25,488 nucleotides of DNA from a virus (taxonomy: Duplodnaviria > Caudoviricetes): the IMG/VR virus record IMGVR_UViG_3300034088_000015, positions 1 to 25,488 of that record, one strand, 5' to 3'. How positions within the stretch are numbered: position 1 is the stretch's first letter; every line of letters begins with the position of its first letter. This document shows positions 7,774-17,092 of this stretch, piece by piece. The translations under genes were made by a program, and so were the position numbers. The notes beneath the pieces were generated by a model that saw only the letters and a program-made list of their open reading frames with translations, did not search any database and was not told the origin of the DNA.

Positions 7774-8169
7774 GTGAAGAATATAGAAGAACTCCAGCGG
7801 TTTCGCAACTGTCTCGCGCTTACCATCTGGACAGATACGGGCTGCGATGTGATCACCGCCTATCGGCTTGCCGGACGAGCGATTTCTCAGACTGCCGTCA
7901 GACTTGGCTTTATGACGCCGTTTGACGCTGAGACGGCCATGACGGTAAAGACGTCAAATGCGCTTGAAGACGGCCGCGTACTGAGCGTACCTCTCGATCT
8001 TGCTCACCAGGGATGCACCGCCGATGGTGGCCAGTGCCGCGTTGATGGCCGCCAGATTTGTCGGTGTGAGCAGCTCCGGAAATACTCCCAAAGCAGCCAC
8101 GACATTTACGACGCCGGCCAGCACGATGGTGATATAGGTCTTGTATCCCGTCAACCTATTGCCGAATAG
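7774..8169 (+). CDS. Hypothetical protein overlapping the 3' end of the convergent endolysin
   Basis: Good RBS (ggagg) before GTG; last 216 nt lie antisense to the endolysin gene. Confidence 0.4.
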   Translation: MKNIEELQRFRNCLALTIWTDTGCDVITAYRLAGRAISQTAVRLGFMTPFDAETAMTVKTSNALEDGRVLSVPLDLAHQGCTADGGQCRVDGRQICRCEQLRKYSQSSHDIYDAGQHDGDIGLVSRQPIAE

Positions 8170-9063
8170 CAGATCCAGGACGGTAGGCTCGACAGGGGGT
8201 GGAGGCTCGACGGCGAGCATCGGAACCTCGTGCATCGGCGGCACAACGGCGGGCACGACCCCACTGAGGGTTTTCTCAGTTTCCTGCATGACTTCGAGCA
8301 CCTTGGACAGTCCAAGACCGGAGAGGATGCCGGCGATCGCGGCGGGCGTCGTTTCGGTCGCCGTCTCGCCGACCTGCCTTAGCGCCGCGGCCAGTGCCAT
8401 GCCGGCGATTCCTTCATACTTCGTGCCTATCGCCGACATCAGGAGCGGTGCCGCGTGATCAAATGGTTCGAGAATTTCTTTCAGGTTCTGCACGGGCTCC
8501 TCCTCCATCAATATTTTCAGTATCGCGACGACGCCGACCTGCTGCGACCAGGCATGTGGATCCCAAACGCCGTCGGCAACGTATTTCCCGCACTGCTGCA
8601 GCGTGGTGCCGTTCCAAAGATATGGGGAGTTGATTTTTCGGTAGAGCAGATACCCCCAACCGTTAAACCCTTCGGCCGTGTAGCACATAAAAGGAATGGA
8701 CCAATTTTTGAGCCCGATCAATCCTTTAATGGCTAATGCGTCAGTTGCCGACTCCTCCCAGGTGTAAGAGCGCCCGTTGCGCGGCGCGGCGTGCGGTCGA
8801 CCTGCGGGCTCGTGCCTGGTCCGTGTCGTAAGCGGATCCCCATTATGCAGATGGGTGCTAAAATTGCAGCTGCTTTCCATGTGGTGAAGCACGCCGACCA
8901 ACAATCGCGGAACACCAGTCGCCGCCTCGACGGCGGCATAGCGTGTCATCCCAGCTCGCACGCGATCAGCCGCAGCGCAGGCACGCGCGCGCCATGATGG
9001 TAATATAGCTGCCTGACGCCAGAGATTGTCATAGCCTTGATTGGTTTGAATGAATGTTGGCAT
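7954..9063 (-). CDS. Endolysin (lysozyme-like, COG5526-type) fused to a C-terminal holin-like membrane region
   Basis: RYAAVEAATGVP...VLHHMESSCNFSTHLHNGDPL...EGFNGWGY...INSPYLW...GKYVADG...SQQVG; C-terminus GYKTYITIVLAGVVNVVAALG plus a second hydrophobic helix; last gene of late operon. Confidence 0.82.
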   Translation of the reverse strand: MPTFIQTNQGYDNLWRQAAILPSWRARACAAADRVRAGMTRYAAVEAATGVPRLLVGVLHHMESSCNFSTHLHNGDPLTTRTRHEPAGRPHAAPRNGRSYTWEESATDALAIKGLIGLKNWSIPFMCYTAEGFNGWGYLLYRKINSPYLWNGTTLQQCGKYVADGVWDPHAWSQQVGVVAILKILMEEEPVQNLKEILEPFDHAAPLLMSAIGTKYEGIAGMALAAALRQVGETATETTPAAIAGILSGLGLSKVLEVMQETEKTLSGVVPAVVPPMHEVPMLAVEPPPPVEPTVLDLLFGNRLTGYKTYITIVLAGVVNVVAALGVFPELLTPTNLAAINAALATIGGASLVSKIERYAQYAAVFKRI

Positions 9064-9069
9064 GGCAAC

Positions 9070-9741
9070 CTATCTAAAAGATGCCGCTGCAAATGCCGAA
9101 TCTACATTAGCCATATTGTTTTCTATTGTGAGGTTTACTTGTGTACTTGCAAAAGCATCAGATGCTCCAGTGTGCAAATTTGATGTTTCAATAACATCTT
9201 CATATCTTTCAGTTAAACCAGTCCACGAATTTGCAGTAGTATCTGTGCAAAATAAGACTGCAAGTGCTATGCCTCCCGCATTTACATTAAGAGATACTGA
9301 TAAAGTTACACCAGAATCTGTTGCTGTAGCTGTTGCAGTTGTTGACTGTAAGTTCTTAGCGACAAAAACACCGATGCCGCAGCGTATTACAACATCACTC
9401 CATGTTACTTCCACTGTGCCACTTGCCGCACCAGTAGCAGGTGCAATGTAAATAGCAGCAAAATTATCGTTCGTGTCTGGAGCGTGATCTATAAAAGCAA
9501 CAGCGCTTGCTGCTTGACCATCAACAGTGACAGAACTTATAGTGCGAGGGTTAATTGCACGAGCAACAATAAGAACAATTATATAGTCAGATGCGGTTGC
9601 CGTGCTAAAGCTTTGTGTAGTAAATGTCTGTACACTAGCATCAGTTGTATTTACGGAACTATCTGTAAATGTAATCGTTGCAGCAACAGCAGCGGCAGCG
9701 GCAGCGGCACCAACCGGAAACCATCCAGGTAAAAAATTCAT
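9070..9741 (-). CDS. Tail fibre-associated / receptor-binding beta-rich protein (AT-rich)
   Basis: Thr/Ser/Ala-rich beta-strand composition, ATGA-coupled to fibre gene, poly-Ala N-terminal linker. Confidence 0.65.
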   Translation of the reverse strand: MNFLPGWFPVGAAAAAAAVAATITFTDSSVNTTDASVQTFTTQSFSTATASDYIIVLIVARAINPRTISSVTVDGQAASAVAFIDHAPDTNDNFAAIYIAPATGAASGTVEVTWSDVVIRCGIGVFVAKNLQSTTATATATDSGVTLSVSLNVNAGGIALAVLFCTDTTANSWTGLTERYEDVIETSNLHTGASDAFASTQVNLTIENNMANVDSAFAAASFR

Positions 9742-10895
9742 GTTCCTTTCGCTTTCTTGCTGCTCACCACAAAATGATTAGCAGCAACACAGTAAATCAT
9801 CAATAGATACCAGCGTGTACTATCACAATCCGTTATCGTCGGCACTTCTCCCAAATAATTACTCGCAAATGTTATTGTTCGATCTGTCGCATCATTACCC
9901 TGCACGAGTATCGTTCGCCAAGTGCCAGGGATACCATTTGACGGATTGCCGATCTGACGATTTGCCGTGACCGTCAGCGTGAAATTGATGGCTGCCGCCC
10001 AATTAACCACCACAACCGCTGCGTCACTAAGTGCTTCGGCTACGGCTGCCGTGCGCAAGTGGCCGGCGTCAATGAGATGACCTGGCACAGCTGCCTGTAC
10101 GCCCGCCACCGTTCCCGCCACGAGGGGGTCAGTTGGTGAACCCTCAGCAACCGTTGCACCGCGAATTGAAGTACCGTCAGTTGCGGAAAATTCAGCGATT
10201 TGTCCGACTGTCGCAAAACCGGGACCGACTACGTCGCCATCGGCGCCGTCGACACCGCGCGGTACAAAATTCACCGTTACACGTTCTGACGTCGTGAAAG
10301 TTCCAATCGTGCCGAGCGACGTCACTGCCACCTTAGAATATGTCCCGCCATCGGTCACCGAACCCGTCACCTGAAATACTGCTTCAGCGGTACCGGCTAC
10401 CGACCTGACGATGAGCACCCCGCGATCGCTCGTAATGCCGTAGTCATCAATCCGGGCAACCCAGACCGACACGTCAGCTCCGAGGTCGTCAACATCATCG
10501 ATGTAGATTTGCGTCGTCAACGCCGCAGACGCATTGTTGAATCGCAATACGCCTGCGCCCGGATCCGCATCGCCTGTGCTGTCGCTGAAAGTGTAAGAAA
10601 TGTCGAGCGGCAGCAGGTCACCTTCGGCCGCCGTGCCGATCGCCACATAACGCCAATCCTGGGTGAACGCGCCATACGTTGCGGTGACCCTGTATGCGCC
10701 ACCCGCAACGTGAAATGCTGCCAAGCCGTCGACGCCGACGGTGAACGGATTACCCAGAATCGCTATTCCATCGCGGTCTGAGTAGATCACCGCCAACGGT
10801 GCGCCCGCCGTCTCACGACGTACTGTCACCTGAGCACCGGGCAGAATATTGCCTTCGGTGTCAACGATCGTCGCCTGCCAACGTCCTAGCGCCAT
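9738..10895 (-). CDS. Tail fibre protein
   Basis: Likely start ATG 10895 (MALGRWQATIVD...), directly after the previous stop; N-terminal anchor-like region, GDADPGAGVLRFNNA segment, RGVDGADG linker, C-terminal NFTLTVTANRQIGNPSN domain; position after hub gene. Confidence 0.75.
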   Translation of the reverse strand: MALGRWQATIVDTEGNILPGAQVTVRRETAGAPLAVIYSDRDGIAILGNPFTVGVDGLAAFHVAGGAYRVTATYGAFTQDWRYVAIGTAAEGDLLPLDISYTFSDSTGDADPGAGVLRFNNASAALTTQIYIDDVDDLGADVSVWVARIDDYGITSDRGVLIVRSVAGTAEAVFQVTGSVTDGGTYSKVAVTSLGTIGTFTTSERVTVNFVPRGVDGADGDVVGPGFATVGQIAEFSATDGTSIRGATVAEGSPTDPLVAGTVAGVQAAVPGHLIDAGHLRTAAVAEALSDAAVVVVNWAAAINFTLTVTANRQIGNPSNGIPGTWRTILVQGNDATDRTITFASNYLGEVPTITDCDSTRWYLLMIYCVAANHFVVSSKKAKGT

Positions 10896-10896
10896 A

Positions 10897-13239
10897 TTAC
10901 GCCTCTGTCCATGTGAGCACGATCGCACCTTGCCGGCCATTTCCGGCTACAGCAAATCGTGAACCGCCACCGCCGCCGCCGTAAAGGCCGCCATTGCCTC
11001 CCGCCGCATTGTTTCCACCACCGCCGCCACCGCCGCCCGGTCCTGCGGAAACGATGGGGGTGACGGTCTGTGTCCAAAGCTGCTCACCGTCCCCGCCAAG
11101 GCCGCCGGCTTGACCGTCGTTACCGCCTTTTCCGCCTCCGCCTTCGTCGCCGTTTGGAGTGCTGGCGTTCCCGCCGCCGAACGAAAAACGGTTATCCCCA
11201 CCATCTCCTCCGGTGCCACCGCTTGCAACGGCGCCAATGAAGCCGCCATCCGCTCCGCCACCGCCCGAACCGGCTTGCTGACTCTCCGCGCTGTTGTCAC
11301 CGCCTTGTGCGCCGTTTCCGTGTGGTCCGGCCGCTCCGCCACCACCGCCGCCGCCGGCTCGTGCATCGCCCATGGGTGCGCCGTCGCCGCCGTCTCCGCC
11401 GCTGTATTTGACGGTGCCAATGCCTTGCGATGCTTGGCCACCGGCAGCGCCATTCCTACCGATGGCGCCACTTCCACCTTTAGCCCCAACGTCCGATGTC
11501 GCGAGAGTCACACCACCAAAATACGTGTCGTCGCCATCTTCACCGGCGCTTCCCTCGATTTGTCCACCTAACCCGCCATCTCCAATAAAATATTGCTCAC
11601 TGGCGCCGAATGTAAAATTAGTAATTTTGGAATACGCACCAGCGCCTCCGCCGCCTCCGCCGTTGGTTGGCGGGAATTGATAGCCGCCGCCGCCGGCCCC
11701 TATTGTTTCGATCGTATTATTCGCATCGTTCCAAGTTGCAGGTCTGCTAAGACTCGAGAGCGTGCCAGAATTACTTAAAATGATTACATTTTGCAAGACC
11801 ACGACACCGGACGCGAGCATCTCCTCAGCTTCAATATGGATTTTGTCGGAAAATATCGAGACCTGCGTTACTTGAATTGGCACGGGTACCCGCGCACCTG
11901 TGCTATCCTGACTCCCCCACCATTCGACCTGGTAACCGGCCGCTGGTGTGACCGTTTCACCTGCCACCAAGTCGAACGCAAAAGCACGCGGCGGATCCCT
12001 AAACCGACTGAGTTGCAGGCTGTTAAGCCGCGTGGCCGCGGTGAGCGTTTCGACCCATCTGGCGGTTATCTTAGTAACAGCAGCGGACCCATATTCGGTT
12101 TCTCGTCCCAGATCGACATCGGCAAGAGCGGCGCGGTAGTTGTCCTCGCCACCGTTGCGATTGGTCGGATCACGCTGCCCGTAGAAAGTCCATATCTGGG
12201 AGATGCGTTTATTTGGCTGCTCCTGCACACTGAGAGAACCATCAATGATGCGGTCCTCATCAAACAAATCCGTATCGGTAGCAATTTCACGCAGGACATT
12301 CAGTCGTACCTGCTGCGCGCGATCATCCCACCAAACGGCCAGCGCCGCTTGCTGCACAATCTCTGACAGCAGGGTACGGACGGACGTCGGCTCGGTGATC
12401 GTGGCCGCGTATATGACGCCGAGATAGGCGGTCGTCTCTGCTTGCCAATCAGTCAACGAAATATATTCTGCAGGAACACCGGCATAATTGACCAGGAGGT
12501 CGTAAACGATGTCGGCAACATCTGTGCCCGGATATCTGAGCACCAGCTGCACGCGATCCCCGCTATCATGCGTCTGTGCCTGCGATCCGAACTGAGCACG
12601 GGTGATTGTTAACGTGTCACTAATTCGTGTGAACGCCACGACCTCAGATCCGCCGAGACAGACATAGCCGGAAGCTGGGTATTCAAGATCGCCTATACCG
12701 GTTGGCGCGAGAATAGCACTGACATCAACAGCCGTAAGTGAACCGGCAAGCTTGCCGTTGCTGACATCAGGCGCCTGTGCGCGATCCTCATCCGCATACT
12801 TGAGGATATCTTTGGCTTCGATCGTGTAAACGCCGGCCGTATTCGGACCGTCTGTTACCTCAATTACATAGTAGCGTGTCTCCATCTCGGCTATGGTCTG
12901 CCCGACGAGACCGCGTATCAGCCGCAACGGCCGGCCGCGCAGCTTGGTACCATAACGACCACGCCATTTTCCCCAAAATGTCCCTTGGTCATACGGTTCC
13001 CCGGCAAAAATGTGCAGATGGTCGCGCAATGTCACCTTGAGCGATGCACGCTGACCGAGATTCTCACCGAGAGAGATACGAGCAGGCGTAAAACTGACGT
13101 TATCGATCGATGGTATGCATTCGATGTCACCCGGAAGATACGACGTCGGGATCGCAAATCGGAACGTCTGCGTCGCTTCTGGTGATTGTTCCGTAAACGT
13201 CGGCACGTCAATCTCAACGTAGGTCAGCGAATGACTCAT
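10897..13239 (-). CDS. Baseplate hub / central tail protein with C-terminal glycine-rich domain
   Basis: 780 aa, second gene after tape measure; TITRAQFGS, long GAGGGG repeats in last ~270 aa. Confidence 0.78.
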   Translation of the reverse strand: MSHSLTYVEIDVPTFTEQSPEATQTFRFAIPTSYLPGDIECIPSIDNVSFTPARISLGENLGQRASLKVTLRDHLHIFAGEPYDQGTFWGKWRGRYGTKLRGRPLRLIRGLVGQTIAEMETRYYVIEVTDGPNTAGVYTIEAKDILKYADEDRAQAPDVSNGKLAGSLTAVDVSAILAPTGIGDLEYPASGYVCLGGSEVVAFTRISDTLTITRAQFGSQAQTHDSGDRVQLVLRYPGTDVADIVYDLLVNYAGVPAEYISLTDWQAETTAYLGVIYAATITEPTSVRTLLSEIVQQAALAVWWDDRAQQVRLNVLREIATDTDLFDEDRIIDGSLSVQEQPNKRISQIWTFYGQRDPTNRNGGEDNYRAALADVDLGRETEYGSAAVTKITARWVETLTAATRLNSLQLSRFRDPPRAFAFDLVAGETVTPAAGYQVEWWGSQDSTGARVPVPIQVTQVSIFSDKIHIEAEEMLASGVVVLQNVIILSNSGTLSSLSRPATWNDANNTIETIGAGGGGYQFPPTNGGGGGGAGAYSKITNFTFGASEQYFIGDGGLGGQIEGSAGEDGDDTYFGGVTLATSDVGAKGGSGAIGRNGAAGGQASQGIGTVKYSGGDGGDGAPMGDARAGGGGGGGAAGPHGNGAQGGDNSAESQQAGSGGGGADGGFIGAVASGGTGGDGGDNRFSFGGGNASTPNGDEGGGGKGGNDGQAGGLGGDGEQLWTQTVTPIVSAGPGGGGGGGGNNAAGGNGGLYGGGGGGSRFAVAGNGRQGAIVLTWTEA

Positions 13240-14087
13240 ACCACACCTTCCACGTTAAGACTGACCTGCATCATGCCATTGCTGAGTTGGTTCGCGGGTT
13301 CGGGATCGTCGGTCAACCAGACATAACCCACCTCAGTCGAATATGTACCAGGGCGCCAAGCAAAGAAAAACGGGATCTCTTTAGCCTCGACAAGAAACGG
13401 ATCCATATGGCTGCGATACCATGACGGTGTCAGGTTTTTAAGTGCGATTGTTGTACTTACTTTCTCCCCTAATACAATTCGTCCGAGAAAATTACCACTA
13501 ATACTACGATGATTGGCGACATTGAGATGACGCCCAAATTTAATTGGTGTGTGACCAACATAAATGCGGCGCTGCAATACGAGCAGCTCGCCGACATACA
13601 TTATAGCCAGATATGGCGTTACCGGTGTTGCAGCCTGGCTCGGCTGAATGCGTAGCCGGATGGAGTGCAGGAACTGAGGATCGAACCTGAAGATAACAGG
13701 ACCGTCATCGGATAGTAGGCGCGGGGTGATGAGCTCGAACCACGGATCTGGGGAACCGCCTGGCGCCTCTGTAGTGCCCTCCACCGATACCGGCGCCGAG
13801 CTGGTGCCAAAATTGTGCACCGCAATACCGAGATAATCGACTTGTTCGACAGTGTTGAGTGTTATGGTGATGTATTCATCACTGCTCGGCGATCCCGCTC
13901 CAGACTTCCAACGTAAATGCGTCGCCGGATTAGCTAAATTAACAACTGGAAAATCTGCATCCTCGGTCGTTGCCGCAATATTTGTGGTAGTGACCAGATT
14001 TTGATACCCGATGATGGGCGAATTAGTATTTAGCCCATCTACACCAGCAACAACGGTTAAACTGGATGATATGATGACACCGGTCAT
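13236..14087 (-). CDS. Distal tail (Dit-like) protein
   Basis: Immediately downstream of tape measure; NLANPATHLRW, VDYLGIAVHN, PFFFAWRP; ATGA overlaps on both sides. Confidence 0.72.
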   Translation of the reverse strand: MTGVIISSSLTVVAGVDGLNTNSPIIGYQNLVTTTNIAATTEDADFPVVNLANPATHLRWKSGAGSPSSDEYITITLNTVEQVDYLGIAVHNFGTSSAPVSVEGTTEAPGGSPDPWFELITPRLLSDDGPVIFRFDPQFLHSIRLRIQPSQAATPVTPYLAIMYVGELLVLQRRIYVGHTPIKFGRHLNVANHRSISGNFLGRIVLGEKVSTTIALKNLTPSWYRSHMDPFLVEAKEIPFFFAWRPGTYSTEVGYVWLTDDPEPANQLSNGMMQVSLNVEGVV

Positions 14088-16174
14088 GCGAGCACCACCT
14101 GACCACCGTCGCGTTGATATTGAAGTAATTGCTGCGCAAGCTCGCGGACTGAAGTGCCGCTCATCATTGTTCCCGAAGTAAGTCCGCGTACCGTCAGTAC
14201 TTGGCTGACTTGACCTGCGCCTCCACCGGCATTCGGATTAACTGCGGCAGCGCTAGCACCGGCTCCGCCTCCCCCACCGCCGTCTTTAGTCGTTTTGCGG
14301 ATGTTGGCAACCTGTACCAAGCCGGCAGCAAGCGCCGCAGCTGCAGCGACATAATTAAACGGCGGTGGAAAAGAGGCGAGTGCTTTGGTGACTGCTTCGT
14401 AGGTATTGATGAGCGCCACCGCAATGGCAACAGCCTTGGACTTGCTGAAAGCCTGCTGAAGTGAGGCGGCGATACTAGATGCCATACTGGCATAGGCGTT
14501 CATGCTGACATAGGCCGCCTGCTGCATGGCCGTGCCGTATCGTTCGGCGGATATTTTTCCGGCATCGAAGGCGGCCTGCAGTTTCTTTTGGCTGTCGACC
14601 ATGATCTCGGTCGGCGTTCTAATCTGCTCGGCAAGTTGTACGCCTTGCTCGGCCAGTTTCTTCTGTTCGGCCTGCGCCAGTTTGGTAAGCTCGGCCTGCT
14701 TCATAGTTGCAGCTTCGGTTATGGCCGTGGCTTTAACGTTGGCCATCGCGAGTTTTTCGGCCTGAACACCTGACGCTTCCCCGGCCGCACTGGCCGCTCG
14801 TTCCATCTCCGCCGCCAGTGCTTCGTTAGCGCCCTTCACACCCTCAACGACTGTCTGCAGCTGCGAACCGGCATCAGCTCCGAGGCCGGTCATCTGTTTG
14901 AATCTGTCGTATACAGCACCTATGGCGTTGCCGAGACGCTCGAAAGCAGCTGCCATCCCATCAATTATTGGTTGTAGTTTGTCATAGAGCCACGTCCGGG
15001 CCGCCTCATAAATGGCAGCAAACCTGTCAGTGACGGGGGCCATTGCGTCCTTGATCACCTGCCAACTCCGTAGTTGGTGATCTCGTACGTTATTCATGAC
15101 CTGTACCGTTTGATGGGCCACATCAGTGAACTTATCGCCCAGCCACGTCTTAGCTGCGTCATAGACGCTGACGAATGAATCCTTCAATGAGACGGCGGCT
15201 GATTTAATCTCGTCCCAGTAAGCGACGATCGTCCCGGTCGCGACGCCGATCGCCGCTGCAGCGGCCGCAAAGGGTATGGCGAACGATCCGAATATGAGAG
15301 CGATTGTACCGGCCACGGCTCCAAGTGCAAGGAGTGCGGCACTCACGCCGCCTGTGACGACTATGATCGTCTGCATCTCGGGAGAGAGACTGCCAAACGA
15401 TAAAGCCAGGTTAGATACTCCCTCGGCGAGAGTCAGAAACCCCGCACGGTCCATCGCTTTTCCGACCTGCTCGAGCGCATCGCCAAAAGCCACGGTCACT
15501 TTGTTCAGCCGGCCCTCGATCGTATTCGCCTGAGCCGCAGCGGCGCCGCCAAACTCCTTGGAGATCTCTTTGAGAATGATGGCCTGGGCTTTGAGGATGT
15601 CTCCCGACTCCATCAGCGTCTTGATCTGCTCACGCTGCGACGCCGTAAACGCGACACCAACGCGCCGCAGCGCGGTGATGCCCTTCACCGGGTCATTGAG
15701 GGCCTTACCGAGCTGGATGGTCGACGACTGTAGATCCTGCCGCAGCACGGCAGAGAGGTTGATAGCCGCGAGCTGCGCCTCGCGAAACGTCGACCCGGCG
15801 ACGTTGGTGAAGGTGAGCAGGTTGGCTGTCACCTCCCGCATGATCTTGTCGTCGTCGATGTTGGTAAGCGTCTTGAGGCCCTGCGCTATGGCAGCGAGCT
15901 TCTCGGTCGTGAAGCCGGCCGCTCCACCTGTGCTCTTGATCACGGCCTCGACGGTGGCGAACGCGGCCTCGGCGTCACCAGCCGCCTTGAGGGCCGAGGT
16001 CGCCCAGGCAGTGAATTGGCCGACGATGAAGGCACCGCCAAGGGCCATGCCGAGGCTGCGCGCACGCGACGACAGTCGATCCATCACCGACTCGGCCTCA
16101 CGGCCGCCGCGATGAAACTCACCGGCGTTCATGGCCAACGTAACGCGCAGTGCGCCTATCTCAGCTGTGGCCAT
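14084..16174 (-). CDS. Tail tape measure protein
   Basis: AEIGALRVTLAMNAGEF N-terminus, QLGKALNDPVKGITALRRVGV, Ala-rich helices with periodic Trp/Phe; follows tail chaperones. Confidence 0.92.
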   Translation of the reverse strand: MATAEIGALRVTLAMNAGEFHRGGREAESVMDRLSSRARSLGMALGGAFIVGQFTAWATSALKAAGDAEAAFATVEAVIKSTGGAAGFTTEKLAAIAQGLKTLTNIDDDKIMREVTANLLTFTNVAGSTFREAQLAAINLSAVLRQDLQSSTIQLGKALNDPVKGITALRRVGVAFTASQREQIKTLMESGDILKAQAIILKEISKEFGGAAAAQANTIEGRLNKVTVAFGDALEQVGKAMDRAGFLTLAEGVSNLALSFGSLSPEMQTIIVVTGGVSAALLALGAVAGTIALIFGSFAIPFAAAAAAIGVATGTIVAYWDEIKSAAVSLKDSFVSVYDAAKTWLGDKFTDVAHQTVQVMNNVRDHQLRSWQVIKDAMAPVTDRFAAIYEAARTWLYDKLQPIIDGMAAAFERLGNAIGAVYDRFKQMTGLGADAGSQLQTVVEGVKGANEALAAEMERAASAAGEASGVQAEKLAMANVKATAITEAATMKQAELTKLAQAEQKKLAEQGVQLAEQIRTPTEIMVDSQKKLQAAFDAGKISAERYGTAMQQAAYVSMNAYASMASSIAASLQQAFSKSKAVAIAVALINTYEAVTKALASFPPPFNYVAAAAALAAGLVQVANIRKTTKDGGGGGGAGASAAAVNPNAGGGAGQVSQVLTVRGLTSGTMMSGTSVRELAQQLLQYQRDGGQVVLA

Positions 16175-16370
16175 AGGCTTCCTCGTAGATCTCGGCGACC
16201 TCGTCCTCAGTCATCTTGCCGTACATCTTAGTCGGCCTGACCGCTTCGATCAGCCACCAGAGCTCTTGTGGATCGCACGCCCAGAACCGATCAGGCGTTA
16301 GCCTGCCACTCCCGACGAGCGCCTGGTAGAGCGCTTTGACGGTTTGACCACGGCCGTGGACGCGTTTCCC
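16161..16370 (-). CDS. Tail assembly chaperone frameshift extension (gpGT-like), -1 frame
   Basis: Open -1 frame from slippery site G GGA AAC: GKRVHGRGQTVKALYQALVGSGRLTPDRFWACDPQELWWLIEAVRPTKMYGKMTEDEVAEIYEEAYGHS*; 'LTP..FW...P.E' is typical of these extensions. Confidence 0.8.
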   Translation of the reverse strand, partial: GKRVHGRGQTVKALYQALVGSGRLTPDRFWACDPQELWWLIEAVRPTKMYGKMTEDEVAEIYEEAYGHS

Positions 16371-16693
16371 CTTGGCGCGGCCTCCATCGCCGGCGGCACC
16401 ATGAGCGCCATGAGAGTGTTGACGCCGGTGACGATACGCTCTCTCACCGCTCCCGGATCGCCCTCAAAGATGCCGGCGTAGACCTCGTCGTCCGTGATCC
16501 GGCCCCCGGCATAACGGAGCAACGCGCCGAAGGCTCGCGACAGACGAGCCAGGCGCATGCGTCCGGTCTGCGCCTCCTGCGCGAGCTCAGCCATGGTGAG
16601 ATGCTCTTCGACCACGGCTACGGCACCGAGCACCCGGTCAGGCGGGATGACGTAGCTCTGATCAGCCCATGTCAGTTCTACAGGTGCAAACAT
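16298..16693 (-). CDS. Tail assembly chaperone (gpG-like)
   Basis: Between tail tube and tape measure; ends with slippery PRGN codons. Confidence 0.8.
   Translation of the reverse strand: MFAPVELTWADQSYVIPPDRVLGAVAVVEEHLTMAELAQEAQTGRMRLARLSRAFGALLRYAGGRITDDEVYAGIFEGDPGAVRERIVTGVNTLMALMVPPAMEAAPRGNASTAVVKPSKRSTRRSSGVAG
16364..16370 (-). other. Programmed -1 ribosomal frameshift slippery heptamer GGGAAAC
   Basis: X XXY YYZ (G GGA AAC) in the chaperone reading frame; analogous to lambda G/T GGGAAAG. Confidence 0.8.
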
Positions 16694-16695
16694 CG

Positions 16696-17091
16696 TCAGG
16701 CCGTATAGGTGACTGTGCCACTGCTCATCAATGTGGCCTCAAATGTGGAGGCATCGTTGTACGGTTCGGTTTCGGTATAAGAGCTCAGATAGAACGTGCC
16801 AGTGATTATCGATCCTGCTGGATACTCCAACCGGCAGGCCTGCGTTCGTTGATTTGAGAACCAGGCGGCCTTGAGTCGCGTGTCCTTGGTCACGCCGCTG
16901 ATGCTGATGCCGACCTCATCCTGTGCCGAGGTATTGTCGAGCAGGATGCGCACGCCTAGATCCTCATCACTGGTCACGTCGATCGGCTCGCCGTTCAGCT
17001 CCAGGCCTTTCTCCCTCACCCCTAAAATCTCATCGGCCGGAGATACCCCACCGAAGAAAAACCGCACCTGCCTGCCGACTCTTCCGGCCAT
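16696..17091 (-). CDS. Major tail tube protein (TP901-1-like)
   Basis: GVREKGLELNGEPIDVTSDED...ISISGV...GTFYLSSYTETEPYNDASTFEATLMSSG. Confidence 0.87.
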   Translation of the reverse strand: MAGRVGRQVRFFFGGVSPADEILGVREKGLELNGEPIDVTSDEDLGVRILLDNTSAQDEVGISISGVTKDTRLKAAWFSNQRTQACRLEYPAGSIITGTFYLSSYTETEPYNDASTFEATLMSSGTVTYTA

Positions 17092-17092
17092 C

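Noticed and set aside
10940-11700. GCC/CCG-rich repeats as a separate repeat element
   Set aside because: They simply encode the glycine-rich domain of the tail hub protein.
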